Shown here one piece after another: positions 7,958 to 16,701 of a stretch of 37,562 nucleotides of DNA; the stretch's first letter is position 1, and the number at the start of each line of letters is the position of its first letter. The DNA comes from a virus (Duplodnaviria; Caudoviricetes). The notes under the pieces are model-generated. The model was given only the letters and a program-made list of their open reading frames with translations, did not search any database and was not told the DNA's origin. Position numbers and translations under genes: made by a program. The stretch spans positions 1-37,562 of IMG/VR virus record IMGVR_UViG_3300048074_000026; one strand, 5' to 3'.

Positions 7958-8156
7958 TCACTACCTGGGCAGCATCTTTTTGCAGGCCGCGGCCGCCGAC
8001 AAAGACACGGCGACGCAGGCCGCGCCTGTGGAGTACGGGATCGTTGCGTGCACGATGGAGTGCCAGGGCGAATGCGGGCAGATCACACCGCACGAGCATC
8101 TCGGCCGCGGATGGTCGTGCTCGGTGTGCGGTACGTTCACGAAGGATGCCGCCTGA
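7944..8156 (+). CDS. Small zinc-ribbon protein
   Basis: GGAG RBS. CTMECQGECG...H...WSCSVCG. Confidence 0.55.
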   Translation: MLKNNHYLGSIFLQAAAADKDTATQAAPVEYGIVACTMECQGECGQITPHEHLGRGWSCSVCGTFTKDAA

Positions 8157-8181
8157 GATTGTTTTTTGAAAGAAGGATGAA

Positions 8182-8631
8182 ATGAAATCAAACGTTGGTC
8201 TCGTAGTTTACGCAATCTTGTTCCTGGCGCTGATCGCGGCAGTGAACCTGCTCGGCAGCTATGACCCGATCACGCCCGCCGTGCCCCAGGCGCAGACAGC
8301 CATGATGATCGGCGGTCAGGCCACCAGCTGGCTGGGGGCATCGTTAAAGTGGATCTTCGGACTGACCCTGGGCGCGATTGGAACGGGCATCGGCTGGGCA
8401 ATGTTCGGCGAGGCGCGGAAGGCATGCCGATTATGGCAGCGCCAGGCGCAGGCAGGCCGCTGGAATGGCGGGCCGAATGCCAACTGGCAGCGCCAGCCGT
8501 CGACGCCGCGCCTTTCGAAGCAGGACATGCTGCTGCTGGCGCTGAGCGGACGCCTGCCGCAGGGTGAACGTCCCGCTGTCACGTACCAGGCGCCTGCGCA
8601 GGCTGACGACGATCTGTTCATCGAGATGTGA
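8182..8631 (+). CDS. Membrane protein (first gene of the FtsK-associated module)
   Basis: Two hydrophobic helices. RBS GAAGGA. Confidence 0.7.
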   Translation: MKSNVGLVVYAILFLALIAAVNLLGSYDPITPAVPQAQTAMMIGGQATSWLGASLKWIFGLTLGAIGTGIGWAMFGEARKACRLWQRQAQAGRWNGGPNANWQRQPSTPRLSKQDMLLLALSGRLPQGERPAVTYQAPAQADDDLFIEM

Positions 8632-8632
8632 C

Positions 8633-9730
8633 ATGCAGCGCATCCTGATCGTTATCGCAATTGCACTGGCACTCACGGCGTGCGGGTCGGGCATATCCGA
8701 GCGCGAGGCCGCGATCGTGGCCACGGATGCGGCCCTGGGCACGCCTCCGCCCGCCGAGTATCAAACCGCCGCGGCGCTCTACCTGCACGTGACGCTGACG
8801 CCGACTCCCGCCCCGCCCACGGCCACGCAGGTGACTGTGCTCGATTACGCAGCCACGATGGCCGCCAACGAGATGCTGAGCCTGCTGACCAAGCAGGCGG
8901 GAGAGGCGGAAACCGAGCGCCTAAAGGTGGCTGAGGCGCAGGCCCAGGCCGCAGCGGAGCAGTCGCGGCTCAATGCCACGGCGCGCGCCGACTCGTTGAA
9001 TGCCACCATGACCGCCGACGCGCGCACCGCGCAGGCCGCGGTGGCCATGATGACCGCCCAGCGCTCCGACGATATGACACGCGCCGCAGTGGAGACCAAA
9101 GGCGCAATGACCGCCGTTGCTGTGGCAACGCACGGCGCAGAGACGCAGGCGGCGGCGATCACCACGGCCGAGTTCCAGCCGACCGCCAACATGTGGACGT
9201 CGACGGCCATCGCGCAGGAGATCGCCATCAAGCAGGGCCAGGTGGCAGACGTGGAGCTGGCGGTCGCCCGCCAGACGGCAAAAAACTACTTCGACGCCTT
9301 CCTGCCCTGGACGCTGACCATCGTGGCCGCGTACGTGCTGGGGCGAGGCTTCCAGACCTGGGTCAAGACCCGCACGCATCCGCGCGACGAGCACGGCCGC
9401 CCGCAGACCCTGCAACGCGAGCTGGCAGACGGGGGCGTGGTTTTTGTCAGGCCCGAGCAGATGGAGACTGGCATCGTCAAGGTCACGAGCGACGGGAGCG
9501 TGATCCGCTACGCGCCGATGGACAAGGGCGAGCAGTCGGACATCAACCGACGGGCGCAGATAACCGAGGCCATCGCGGCGCTGCCGATGCCGTACGCGCG
9601 CAACGCCCAGGGCATGATGCGCAGCGAGTTCACCGCGCAGGTTGGGGATCCGTCTGTGAACATTATGCAGGAGGCGCGCTCGCTGTCGCCTGTCCTGGAC
9701 GAGGCCGAAGGCAAGCTGGTGGAGGAATGA
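8633..9730 (+). CDS. Ala/Thr-rich lipoprotein with internal membrane helix
   Basis: MQRILIVIAIALALTAC lipobox, Ala/Thr-rich helical region, TM segment FLPWTLTIVAAYVLG. Confidence 0.8.
   Translation: MQRILIVIAIALALTACGSGISEREAAIVATDAALGTPPPAEYQTAAALYLHVTLTPTPAPPTATQVTVLDYAATMAANEMLSLLTKQAGEAETERLKVAEAQAQAAAEQSRLNATARADSLNATMTADARTAQAAVAMMTAQRSDDMTRAAVETKGAMTAVAVATHGAETQAAAITTAEFQPTANMWTSTAIAQEIAIKQGQVADVELAVARQTAKNYFDAFLPWTLTIVAAYVLGRGFQTWVKTRTHPRDEHGRPQTLQRELADGGVVFVRPEQMETGIVKVTSDGSVIRYAPMDKGEQSDINRRAQITEAIAALPMPYARNAQGMMRSEFTAQVGDPSVNIMQEARSLSPVLDEAEGKLVEE
9115..9130. promoter_or_regulatory. parS-like palindrome copy 3
   Basis: CGTTGC-TGTG-GCAACG. Confidence 0.55.
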
Positions 9731-11127
9731 TGAACCTGCAACGATATTCGAAACATGCCACACTGACCGCCCGCGTGATCCAGCGGGTAATGATCAACGA
9801 CCTGCGCCTGGTTCCGCCCGCCTCCTACACCCTGACCGAGCACAACGGGAACGTGTGGCTGGTGGCCGCAATGGACACGCTTTCGCTGGGTGGAAAACTG
9901 GAACCGTACGAACACCCGAACGTGGCGCACCAACTCTCGACCGCCCTGTCTGCGGCCTTTGGCACGCGGACGTCCATTCCCGTCATCACGGCCAACCACA
10001 CAGGCCTGCGCTATTGCGTTCTGTTCGGGACAAAGCCCAGCCTGCCCCGCCGCGTGGATTTCCCTGGCTTTGGTGAGCGGGACATATTCCAGCTGGGTGT
10101 TGGGCTGCGCGGCGCGGTAAACATGCAGGCGCGGATGATGAAGAACGTGATCATCGGAGCGGCCCAGGAGCAGGGCAAGAGCAACATCCTGCGCCTGATC
10201 GCGCACCAGGCGCGGGCGTTCGGCTGGTCGTTGTACCTGGCCGACAGCCAGGCGCACACGTTCAACCCCGACGTGTGGGGCGGGATTGCCAGCCATCCCG
10301 TGGCGACATCGGTCGATGATCTGCACAGGCTGTTGGCCACGCTGAGAGGCACGTTGGAAGATCGCTCAGCGCAGTATCGGGCCGCGGCGAATGGCGGCAT
10401 CCCGCCCGCGGACATCGACGCTTACAACCTGATCGCCACGCCCATGCCGCGCATCCTGCTGGCCATCGACGAGGCCTCGACGCCGCTCCAGGATAAGCGC
10501 ATCTTCCGCGAGATCGCTGCGCTGCTGCGCGAGGGCCGCAAGTGGGGCCTGCACATCGTCATGGCGGGGCACGAATGGCACAAAGAGGTCATCCCTGCCG
10601 AGGTGAACGACATGCTGCAAACCCGCATTGCCCTGCCCATGATCGACGAGGGCAGCGGCTACGTGGTGACACGTTCGCGCACCTGGGGCCGCTGGGTGAT
10701 CGGCAAGCCCGCTGGGCGGGGTGTGCTGCGCACCAACCAGTACACGCCGATGCAGTTCTACCTGGTGACGCCCGAGCAGGAGACGGAGTGGTTGTCGACC
10801 GTCGCGCCGACTTCTGCCTCCCCTTTGACAGACGGCGAAGCCGTGTTGGTGGCGCGCTCTGTAAGCGAGGTTGATGGGCGTATGTCCATCCCATTGCTGA
10901 AATCGTGGGGCATGGAAGAACGCGAAGCGCGCAACCTGGTCGAACGCTGGGAACTGCGCGGATGGCTTTTCAAGGATGCGCGGCAGGGTAATGCCCGCTG
11001 TGTAACGCCGAAATTGCTGGATTTGCTGTCAAGCCGTCAAACCTGTCAAACCGCGTCAAGCCCCCAAATGTGGTGTCAAACCGATGTCAAAGCCTCTCAA
11101 ACCCAAAATATGGAAGGAGCAGAATGA
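9727..11127 (+). CDS. FtsK/SpoIIIE (TraB-like) DNA translocase ATPase
   Basis: NVIIGAAQEQGKS (Walker A), ILLAIDE (Walker B), LLREGRKWGLHIVMAG, TRIAL, GRG. C-terminal wHTH-like segment. Confidence 0.85.
   Translation: MMNLQRYSKHATLTARVIQRVMINDLRLVPPASYTLTEHNGNVWLVAAMDTLSLGGKLEPYEHPNVAHQLSTALSAAFGTRTSIPVITANHTGLRYCVLFGTKPSLPRRVDFPGFGERDIFQLGVGLRGAVNMQARMMKNVIIGAAQEQGKSNILRLIAHQARAFGWSLYLADSQAHTFNPDVWGGIASHPVATSVDDLHRLLATLRGTLEDRSAQYRAAANGGIPPADIDAYNLIATPMPRILLAIDEASTPLQDKRIFREIAALLREGRKWGLHIVMAGHEWHKEVIPAEVNDMLQTRIALPMIDEGSGYVVTRSRTWGRWVIGKPAGRGVLRTNQYTPMQFYLVTPEQETEWLSTVAPTSASPLTDGEAVLVARSVSEVDGRMSIPLLKSWGMEEREARNLVERWELRGWLFKDARQGNARCVTPKLLDLLSSRQTCQTASSPQMWCQTDVKASQTQNMEGAE
11028..11103 (+). 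repeat. Cluster of 8-bp direct repeats GTCAARCC (clt/TRS-like)
   Basis: Exact copies at 11028, 11036, 11045, 11055, 11075. Variants at 11086 and 11096. All in the same orientation. Confidence 0.85.
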
Positions 11128-11372
11128 AAGCGCAGGATTATCTCACTTTGACGGCCGAAGCGCGCAAGGAGCAAAAGGCCTATTACGCAACCAGGGGCAA
11201 ATTCCCGATTGAGGCGCAGCAGCACCTGATGGCAGCGAAGGCGCTGGAGAAGCGCATGGACGCTGTCATCGCTGAGGGGAAGCTGGAGCCTGACGAGGTC
11301 ATCACGACCACGGCCAGCGCGGAAGAGCAGCGTCAACTGCGCCTGCACCTGGAACCAGAGCAGAACGATTAG
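11124..11372 (+). CDS. Hypothetical protein
   Basis: RBS AAGGAG, ATGA overlap, 82 aa. Confidence 0.65.
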   Translation: MKAQDYLTLTAEARKEQKAYYATRGKFPIEAQQHLMAAKALEKRMDAVIAEGKLEPDEVITTTASAEEQRQLRLHLEPEQND

Positions 11373-11382
11373 AGGAGCATCG

Positions 11383-12225
11383 ATGAAACGTATCACAAAC
11401 ACAAATCTTTTCTGGATCGTCTACGTGGCGTTCCTGGCCGTGCTGTGGCCTCAAGCCGCGTGGACAATCGGACAATTCCAGGACGCGGCAGGGATGCAGT
11501 GGTCGGTGTTCGGGGTGTCCGCCTCGCCGCTGGCCTGGGCGCTCTCGGGCGTGTTCGAGGCGACCATCGGCATCGTGACACATCGCCTCAACGAGCATTG
11601 GCAGGAGATGCCGAAGCGGTTCAAGGCCGACGACATGCGCAAGAAGCGGATCGCGTATCGCTGGGGCAATGCCTATGCAGTGGCGCTGGTCATGGCGATG
11701 GTGGTCTCGGCGGTGGCGAATTACACGCACGTCGTCCAGTTCACCAACGCTACGCTGGCTGTGTTCGACGGCGCCGAATGGGCTATTCGGCTGTACCAGG
11801 TGCTGTTCGGTCTGGCTCTGCCTGGCATTTCGTTCGTATTCGCCCGCGTTCTGTCCACCATGCAGGATGCCGAACAGGAGGACGACCCAGCATTCGCCAA
11901 GGCGAAAGCCGACCTTGCGGAAGCGAAAACCACTATTCGGGAAAAGGATGCCGCTATTCGGCAGGCGAATGAGGCTGTTCGGGATGCCGAACGACGACTG
12001 AATGAGAGCGAACAGCGGTATCGGGCGGTTGGTGACGTCGTTCGGTTTCTGTTCGGCACGGATTTGGCCCTGCGAGATCGGATTCGGGGCGTCCGAACGA
12101 GTTGGCCGAACCTGTCTCAGAACGGAATTGCGCAGGTGCTGGGCTGCTCGGTAAGCACCGTCAACGAGGCCTTGCAGGGTTACGTGATCGAGATGCCGCA
12201 GATGGTTGAGAGCGAGACTGTATGA
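11383..12225 (+). CDS. Multi-TM, coiled-coil, C-terminal HTH protein (Spd/DUF2637-like architecture)
   Basis: Four hydrophobic segments, heptad region AKAKADLAEAK...RRLNESEQR, HTH LSQNGIAQVLGCSVSTVNEAL. Confidence 0.7.
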   Translation: MKRITNTNLFWIVYVAFLAVLWPQAAWTIGQFQDAAGMQWSVFGVSASPLAWALSGVFEATIGIVTHRLNEHWQEMPKRFKADDMRKKRIAYRWGNAYAVALVMAMVVSAVANYTHVVQFTNATLAVFDGAEWAIRLYQVLFGLALPGISFVFARVLSTMQDAEQEDDPAFAKAKADLAEAKTTIREKDAAIRQANEAVRDAERRLNESEQRYRAVGDVVRFLFGTDLALRDRIRGVRTSWPNLSQNGIAQVLGCSVSTVNEALQGYVIEMPQMVESETV

Positions 12226-12974
12226 GCACGCTCGTGATGGGTTTGGTCTGGGAACTGCCAGAGGTGCCAGAGTTCGGGCGTCCTGAGAAGTACGTGCTGC
12301 TGGCCTATGCCGACCATGCCGACAGCAACGGCCGAAACGTCTATCCGTCCATTGACCTGATCATGCGCAAAACGTTCTACGAGGAGCGGGCTGTGCAGGT
12401 CATCACGCGCAAGCTGGAGAAAGCTGGATTTCTTGTTCCTGACGGCGTTGGGCCGCGTGGGACGAACCGCTGGCTGATCCCTGTGGCGCGCACAAATGAG
12501 GGGGGTGCAAAAATTGCACCCGTGCAAAATGCAGAATCAAAAAATGCACCCGAAGGGAATGCACCCGAAGGGAATGCACCCGAACCATCAGTAGTAGTTA
12601 ATAAAGATGAGAGATTCGGGAAAATTGCAAACGCGCTTGCGACCGCCACAGGCGGAGGCCTGGGAGCCAACTCCGCGGACATGATCGATGCCTGGATGAG
12701 CGTTCACACGGACGAGTGGATTCTCAAGGCCATCGAGATGGCGAAGGCGAAGCGGGCGCGTTCCGCGAATTATGTCGACTCCATCCTGATCGGGTGGGAG
12801 GCGAACGGATATCCACAAACACGAGACCAGAAGGTCGAAGGAGCGAAACATGCAAACAGCAAGACAGGTAATTCCAGCCGCATCCCAGCGCAGACTTATC
12901 CCGTCCCAACCGATGCCGACCGCGCCGCGGCCGAGCGTGTCAAAGCCCGCCGACAACATGGCCGTGTGTCCTGA
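12222..12974 (+). CDS. Replication initiator (N-terminal wHTH, DnaD-like C-terminus)
   Basis: KYVLLAYADHADSNGRNVYPSI and ILKAIEMA...SANYVDSILIGW. Internal iterons. Followed by a DnaC-like gene. Confidence 0.85.
   Translation: MSTLVMGLVWELPEVPEFGRPEKYVLLAYADHADSNGRNVYPSIDLIMRKTFYEERAVQVITRKLEKAGFLVPDGVGPRGTNRWLIPVARTNEGGAKIAPVQNAESKNAPEGNAPEGNAPEPSVVVNKDERFGKIANALATATGGGLGANSADMIDAWMSVHTDEWILKAIEMAKAKRARSANYVDSILIGWEANGYPQTRDQKVEGAKHANSKTGNSSRIPAQTYPVPTDADRAAAERVKARRQHGRVS
12504..12584. repeat. Iterons, putative replication origin inside the initiator gene
   Basis: GGTGCAAAAATTGCACC inverted repeat, then three AATGCACCCGAA direct repeats at 15-nt spacing. Confidence 0.75.
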
Positions 12975-13638
12975 GTGTGGCGGCGCCCGTCAGGTACGCT
13001 ACGACGTGCCTTTTGGTGATCCGCGTTTCGGCAAGCTGTTCGCGTGCCCTGCCTGTAACTCGGACGCGTTGATCGTGTCCGCTGGCCTGAACGAAGCCGA
13101 GCGCAGCATCCGCCTCGACCAGATCGAGACTGACGGACGGGCGGGCGCGGCCGCCATGCTGAGCGCGTCCAGGGCGTGGATCGCTGGCGGGCGTGTAGGC
13201 TGGCTGTCTGTCCACGGCGGGTATGGATGTGGCAAGTCGACGCTGCTCAAGGCCATCGTCAACGAGTGCATCGCGCACCACGTCGAGGCGCGGTACGTGA
13301 GCATGATCCAGGTCATGGCGTACGCGAAAGAGGCGTTTGCGTCTGGCAGCAGCGAGCCTGGAGACAGTGATTTCTCGCGCATTGCGAAACTGGCGCGCGT
13401 GCAGGTGCTGGTGATCGACGAGGTCGACAAGGCACGTCAGACCGAATACGCGCGTGAGATACAAACGCATCTGTTCGAGGCACGGTACCGCGAGATCGGC
13501 CGCCTGGGGACGGTGCTGGCCTGGAATGGTGATTTCGCTGCGCTGGACCTGCCCTGGGTGCGGTCGCGGTGCAGCGAGGGGATTGTCGTACACAATCAGG
13601 ACGCCGACATGCGTCCGCTATTGGGAGAGCAGGCATGA
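12958..13638 (+). CDS. DnaC/IstB-like AAA+ helicase loader
   Basis: CPEC...CPAC zinc motif, GGYGCGKST Walker A, VLVIDE Walker B. Confidence 0.88.
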   Translation: MAVCPECGGARQVRYDVPFGDPRFGKLFACPACNSDALIVSAGLNEAERSIRLDQIETDGRAGAAAMLSASRAWIAGGRVGWLSVHGGYGCGKSTLLKAIVNECIAHHVEARYVSMIQVMAYAKEAFASGSSEPGDSDFSRIAKLARVQVLVIDEVDKARQTEYAREIQTHLFEARYREIGRLGTVLAWNGDFAALDLPWVRSRCSEGIVVHNQDADMRPLLGEQA

Positions 13639-13856
13639 ATATTTTGCACAACATCGATGACGTCCGCGCGGAGGTCATGGCGCTGGAATACGCGGAGTAT
13701 TTTGACCAGTCCGCGTGGGATCGGGTGCTGGGTGCGCTGGTAGACCGACCGTGCGCGCTGGCCGACGCCATGCGCAGAATGGACACGGCCAGCAGGAATC
13801 AGCCCGTGTGGGTGCCGATAATCGTTTCCGCGGAAACGGTGGAGGTGATGGCATGA
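13635..13856 (+). CDS. Hypothetical protein
   Basis: GGAGAG RBS, ATGA overlaps at both ends. Confidence 0.65.
   Translation: MNILHNIDDVRAEVMALEYAEYFDQSAWDRVLGALVDRPCALADAMRRMDTASRNQPVWVPIIVSAETVEVMA
13823..13838. promoter_or_regulatory. parS-like palindrome copy 4 (perfect)
   Basis: CGTTTC-CGCG-GAAACG. Confidence 0.7.
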
Positions 13857-14752
13857 ATATGCGCGGCACAACAGACGCGCCTGCCAAGTTTAGGCCTAAT
13901 TTGTCCATGACCGTCCTGCGCCGACAGTTATATCAGCGCAGGCAGATCGACGTGTCCATTCACAACCTGGCGTGCTCCATGTTCAAGGTCACGACCGAGG
14001 TCAAGTTTAGGATCGGCGTCCGCGAGTATTTCGGCGCAGTCAGTGAAGTTGTCGGAGAGCCAGGCAGCACGCGGGTGCGCGTCGTCAACCTGGCGACTGG
14101 CAAGGAGCGCGATCTGGCGCTCATCGAATCATCGGGATTGTACAGGAGGCATAGCATGCTTGCATCAGACATCCAAAAACGGATCATGGGATTTATCTAT
14201 GCTCGGAGCGGGTTCGAGCCGCGTCGTCAGTACGTGGGCATGAGCCACATTGCAGACTGTCCGCGCAGGCTGGCCGAGGACATGCGCAAGGGTCAGGCCG
14301 CCGACGACGAGCGTCACCGCATGGCGTTCCTCGGGTACAGCATCGAGCAGATCGAGCGCGACATCCTGATGAGCACGGGCATTATGCGCGCGGCGGGACG
14401 CGAGATCGTCGCCGAGTTCGATGAGCGCGTCCGCGGGCATGTCGACGGGGAGACCGTCGACGGCGACCTGATCGAGATCAAGTCGGTCAGCGTGCTGCGG
14501 TTCGAGAAAGTGCTGGCCGAGGGACGTGCGCTGCGCGCACACTTCGAGCAGGTGCAGGCCTACATGCACTTTGGCGGATACAGGCATGCCGAGATTGTGT
14601 ACGTTTGCCGAGACGATTTCAGGCACAAGGTGATCCACGCCGCGTATAACATGGGCGTGGGCGAGAGGCTCGAAGCCAAGGCGCGCGCGCTGCTGGCTGC
14701 GCTGGACGCGAACGTTAAGCCAAAGTGCGAGTGTGGGCGATGCCAAGCATAA
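13853..14752 (+). CDS. Cas4-like/PD-(D/E)XK exonuclease (domain from about 14156) with N-terminal extra domain
   Basis: SHIADCPR, GHVDG, LIEIKS, QVQAY, C-terminal CECGRC. Internal AGGAGG RBS with in-frame ATG at 14156. Confidence 0.75.
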   Translation: MNMRGTTDAPAKFRPNLSMTVLRRQLYQRRQIDVSIHNLACSMFKVTTEVKFRIGVREYFGAVSEVVGEPGSTRVRVVNLATGKERDLALIESSGLYRRHSMLASDIQKRIMGFIYARSGFEPRRQYVGMSHIADCPRRLAEDMRKGQAADDERHRMAFLGYSIEQIERDILMSTGIMRAAGREIVAEFDERVRGHVDGETVDGDLIEIKSVSVLRFEKVLAEGRALRAHFEQVQAYMHFGGYRHAEIVYVCRDDFRHKVIHAAYNMGVGERLEAKARALLAALDANVKPKCECGRCQA

Positions 14753-15084
14753 CGCAAACTGACCCCTCTCCGCGCAGCGGCTTCGATCTGTCCTACGTTC
14801 CGCGCTTGTGGCGGTGCGATGTCTGTGGTCGGTCGCTGGGTGTCATCCTGCGCACGACCAGCCGAATTCGCCGATTGTACGTGTTCGTCCAGGCCAGGGA
14901 GGCCGAATCTGTGTTTTCCTGGACAGGTACGCTGCCGCGCGGCGAGTTCCGCGCGCCTGGGATGGATGCGGGCGACGTGGAGTGCTCGCACTGCGGCAAC
15001 GTTCAGCCGTGGAGCATGAGCGAGGAGTCCATGCGCAGGCTACAGTCCAGCCTGCGGCGGATGCACGAGAGGGGAGGAGGCTAA
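14740..15084 (+). CDS. Zinc-finger protein, candidate late-gene regulator
   Basis: WRCDVCG...VECSHCG. Last early gene before the late leader. Role inferred from position. Confidence 0.6.
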   Translation: MPSITQTDPSPRSGFDLSYVPRLWRCDVCGRSLGVILRTTSRIRRLYVFVQAREAESVFSWTGTLPRGEFRAPGMDAGDVECSHCGNVQPWSMSEESMRRLQSSLRRMHERGGG

Positions 15085-15104
15085 AACGTAGAAAATAACT
15101 GACG

Positions 15105-15203
15105 TATAATATTTTATAAATCGAGCGACCGCTCTTGTGCGGTCATCGTCGGACTAGCGCCCGACATGCGACAGCGATGTTGCATGTCGGGCGCTTTTAA
15201 TTT
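15105..15203 (+). promoter_or_regulatory. Late leader 1: -10-like element, CCGCTCTTGTGCGG hairpin, intrinsic terminator
   Basis: TATAAT 15105-15110, hairpin 15127-15144, 18-bp stem with GCGA loop 15156-15195 followed by a T-rich tract. Confidence 0.7.
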
Positions 15204-15222
15204 CATCCCAAAAGGAGATCGA

Positions 15223-15681
15223 ATGAAACGCTTTACAACCTTGTTTCTGTTCGTGTTTGTGTTGGCGGCGCTGCCGCTGATGGCCTTCGCGCCCATGCCG
15301 TCCAACGTCCGCCCTGTCGACGGTTCGCCTGATGTGCTGCATGTCATCCTGACCATCTCGTTCGGGTTTGTGTCGCTGGGCGGAGCGTCCGCGCTGGTGG
15401 CGGCTCTTGTCAGCCTGGGCAAGGCCATCGGTATTGTGGCCGATTCCACGTCCGCGCGCTGGGCGGCTGGGCTCAACCTGCTGATGTTTACAGTGTTGGT
15501 GCTGTTCGGCGTGTTCCGTCCTGAGATTGCGCTGGATGTCCTGGACGGTTACGCGGGCCAGATCGCGCAGGCGCTGCTGTTCATCCTCGGGTTTATCGTG
15601 CAAATGATCGGATCGAAACCCGTGTATGACTGGCTGCGGGCCGCCAAAATCCCGCTGCTGGGAAAGTCGTATAGCCAATAG
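15223..15681 (+). CDS. Multi-pass membrane protein (holin candidate)
   Basis: RBS AAAGGAG. Signal-like N-terminus plus three hydrophobic helices. Confidence 0.6.
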   Translation: MKRFTTLFLFVFVLAALPLMAFAPMPSNVRPVDGSPDVLHVILTISFGFVSLGGASALVAALVSLGKAIGIVADSTSARWAAGLNLLMFTVLVLFGVFRPEIALDVLDGYAGQIAQALLFILGFIVQMIGSKPVYDWLRAAKIPLLGKSYSQ

Positions 15682-15689
15682 AGTCACGC

Positions 15690-15719
15690 GCCTGGGCGGC
15701 GGGAAACCGTCGCCCAGGC
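15690..15719 (+). other. Intergenic GC-rich hairpin with GAAA tetraloop
   Basis: GCCTGGGCGGCGG-GAAA-CCGTCGCCCAGGC, no U-tract. Confidence 0.6.
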
Positions 15720-15729
15720 TGGTGGGATT

Positions 15730-16074
15730 ATGCCTCAGCGAGCACTGCACCAATGCGCTTATCCAGGATGCACGACGTTGATCCGTGACGGGTCACGCTG
15801 TCCGCTTCACGCGAACAAGCAAACCGTCGAGCGAGACCCGGACGTGAAGCGGCTGTATAACACAGCCCTCTGGAAAGCCATGCGCATCCGCCAGCTGGCG
15901 GAGTATCCGTGGTGCGCCAAGTGTCTGGAGCAAGGCATCTACACGCCCGCGACAGACGTCCATCACGTTGATCGGCACCGTGGAAACCTTGTAATCTTTT
16001 TCAATAGTCCGCTGCAATCGCTTTGTAAACCGTGTCACTCGGAAGAAACCGCGAGGGAACTTGGCTGGATATAG
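15730..16074 (+). CDS. HNH endonuclease (terminase-associated, HK97 gp74-like)
   Basis: CAKC...ATDVHHVDRH...LQSLCKPCHSEET, directly upstream of TerS. Confidence 0.9.
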   Translation: MPQRALHQCAYPGCTTLIRDGSRCPLHANKQTVERDPDVKRLYNTALWKAMRIRQLAEYPWCAKCLEQGIYTPATDVHHVDRHRGNLVIFFNSPLQSLCKPCHSEETARELGWI

Positions 16075-16075
16075 A

Positions 16076-16170
16076 TACCCCCCCCTCGAAAAAGTTTTGA
16101 TGTGGGGGAAAAGAGCGGCGGGGCTCTCATTTGCGCGAAAGAGTCCCCGATCGCGCGCAGTTTTTTATAG
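16076..16170. other. Putative cos region
   Basis: Non-coding gap between HNH and TerS with the dyad AGAGC-GGCGGG-GCTCT (16112-16127) and A/T tracts. Position typical for cos phages. Confidence 0.5.
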
Positions 16171-16239
16171 CCTGCTGGCGTACGGCGGGGCCTGCTGGCT
16201 GGGCCTGGGCGGCGGCCTGGGGCGGGAGTCGGTGCGCTG

Positions 16240-16701
16240 ATGCCAACTAACGTTGTCGCAGCTGCGACCATGCAGGTCGGAAAAAAGGGCGGGGGGAAGC
16301 ACCACACCAAGGCGGAGGTGGAGGCTCGGCAGAAGGCGGCCGAGGCGTTCGAGCGGACTGAGCCTGCGCCGATCATCAGGCCGCCGCTGTGGCTGTCTAA
16401 GGGTGCTAAGAAGATTTGGAAAAAGAAAATTGCAGAAATCGCCGGGTTGAAAGGCGGCGCAGATCTACTGGATGCGCTCGATGGCGAGATGCTGGCGGTT
16501 TATTGCGATGCGGTATGGAAATACATGCAACTCTCCAACCTGGACGAGCCGTCGCTGGACGATCACAAGATGCTGGCCAGCTACATGAGCAAGATGCTCC
16601 AGTACGCGGACCGTCTCGGGTTCACGCCAGGCTCGCGCGCGCGGTTGATCAAGAAACGCGCGGAAGCGAACGATGATCCGTTTGGGATGAAATACGACTG
16701 A
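16240..16701 (+). CDS. terS: Terminase small subunit (P27-like)
   Basis: PPLWLSKGAKKIW, LAVYCDA, LGFTPGSRARL motifs. Confidence 0.9.
   Translation: MPTNVVAAATMQVGKKGGGKHHTKAEVEARQKAAEAFERTEPAPIIRPPLWLSKGAKKIWKKKIAEIAGLKGGADLLDALDGEMLAVYCDAVWKYMQLSNLDEPSLDDHKMLASYMSKMLQYADRLGFTPGSRARLIKKRAEANDDPFGMKYD

Noticed and set aside
14156-14752. CRISPR-Cas locus
   Set aside because: Cas4-like gene is solitary. No cas1/cas2 and no repeat-spacer array seen in the window.
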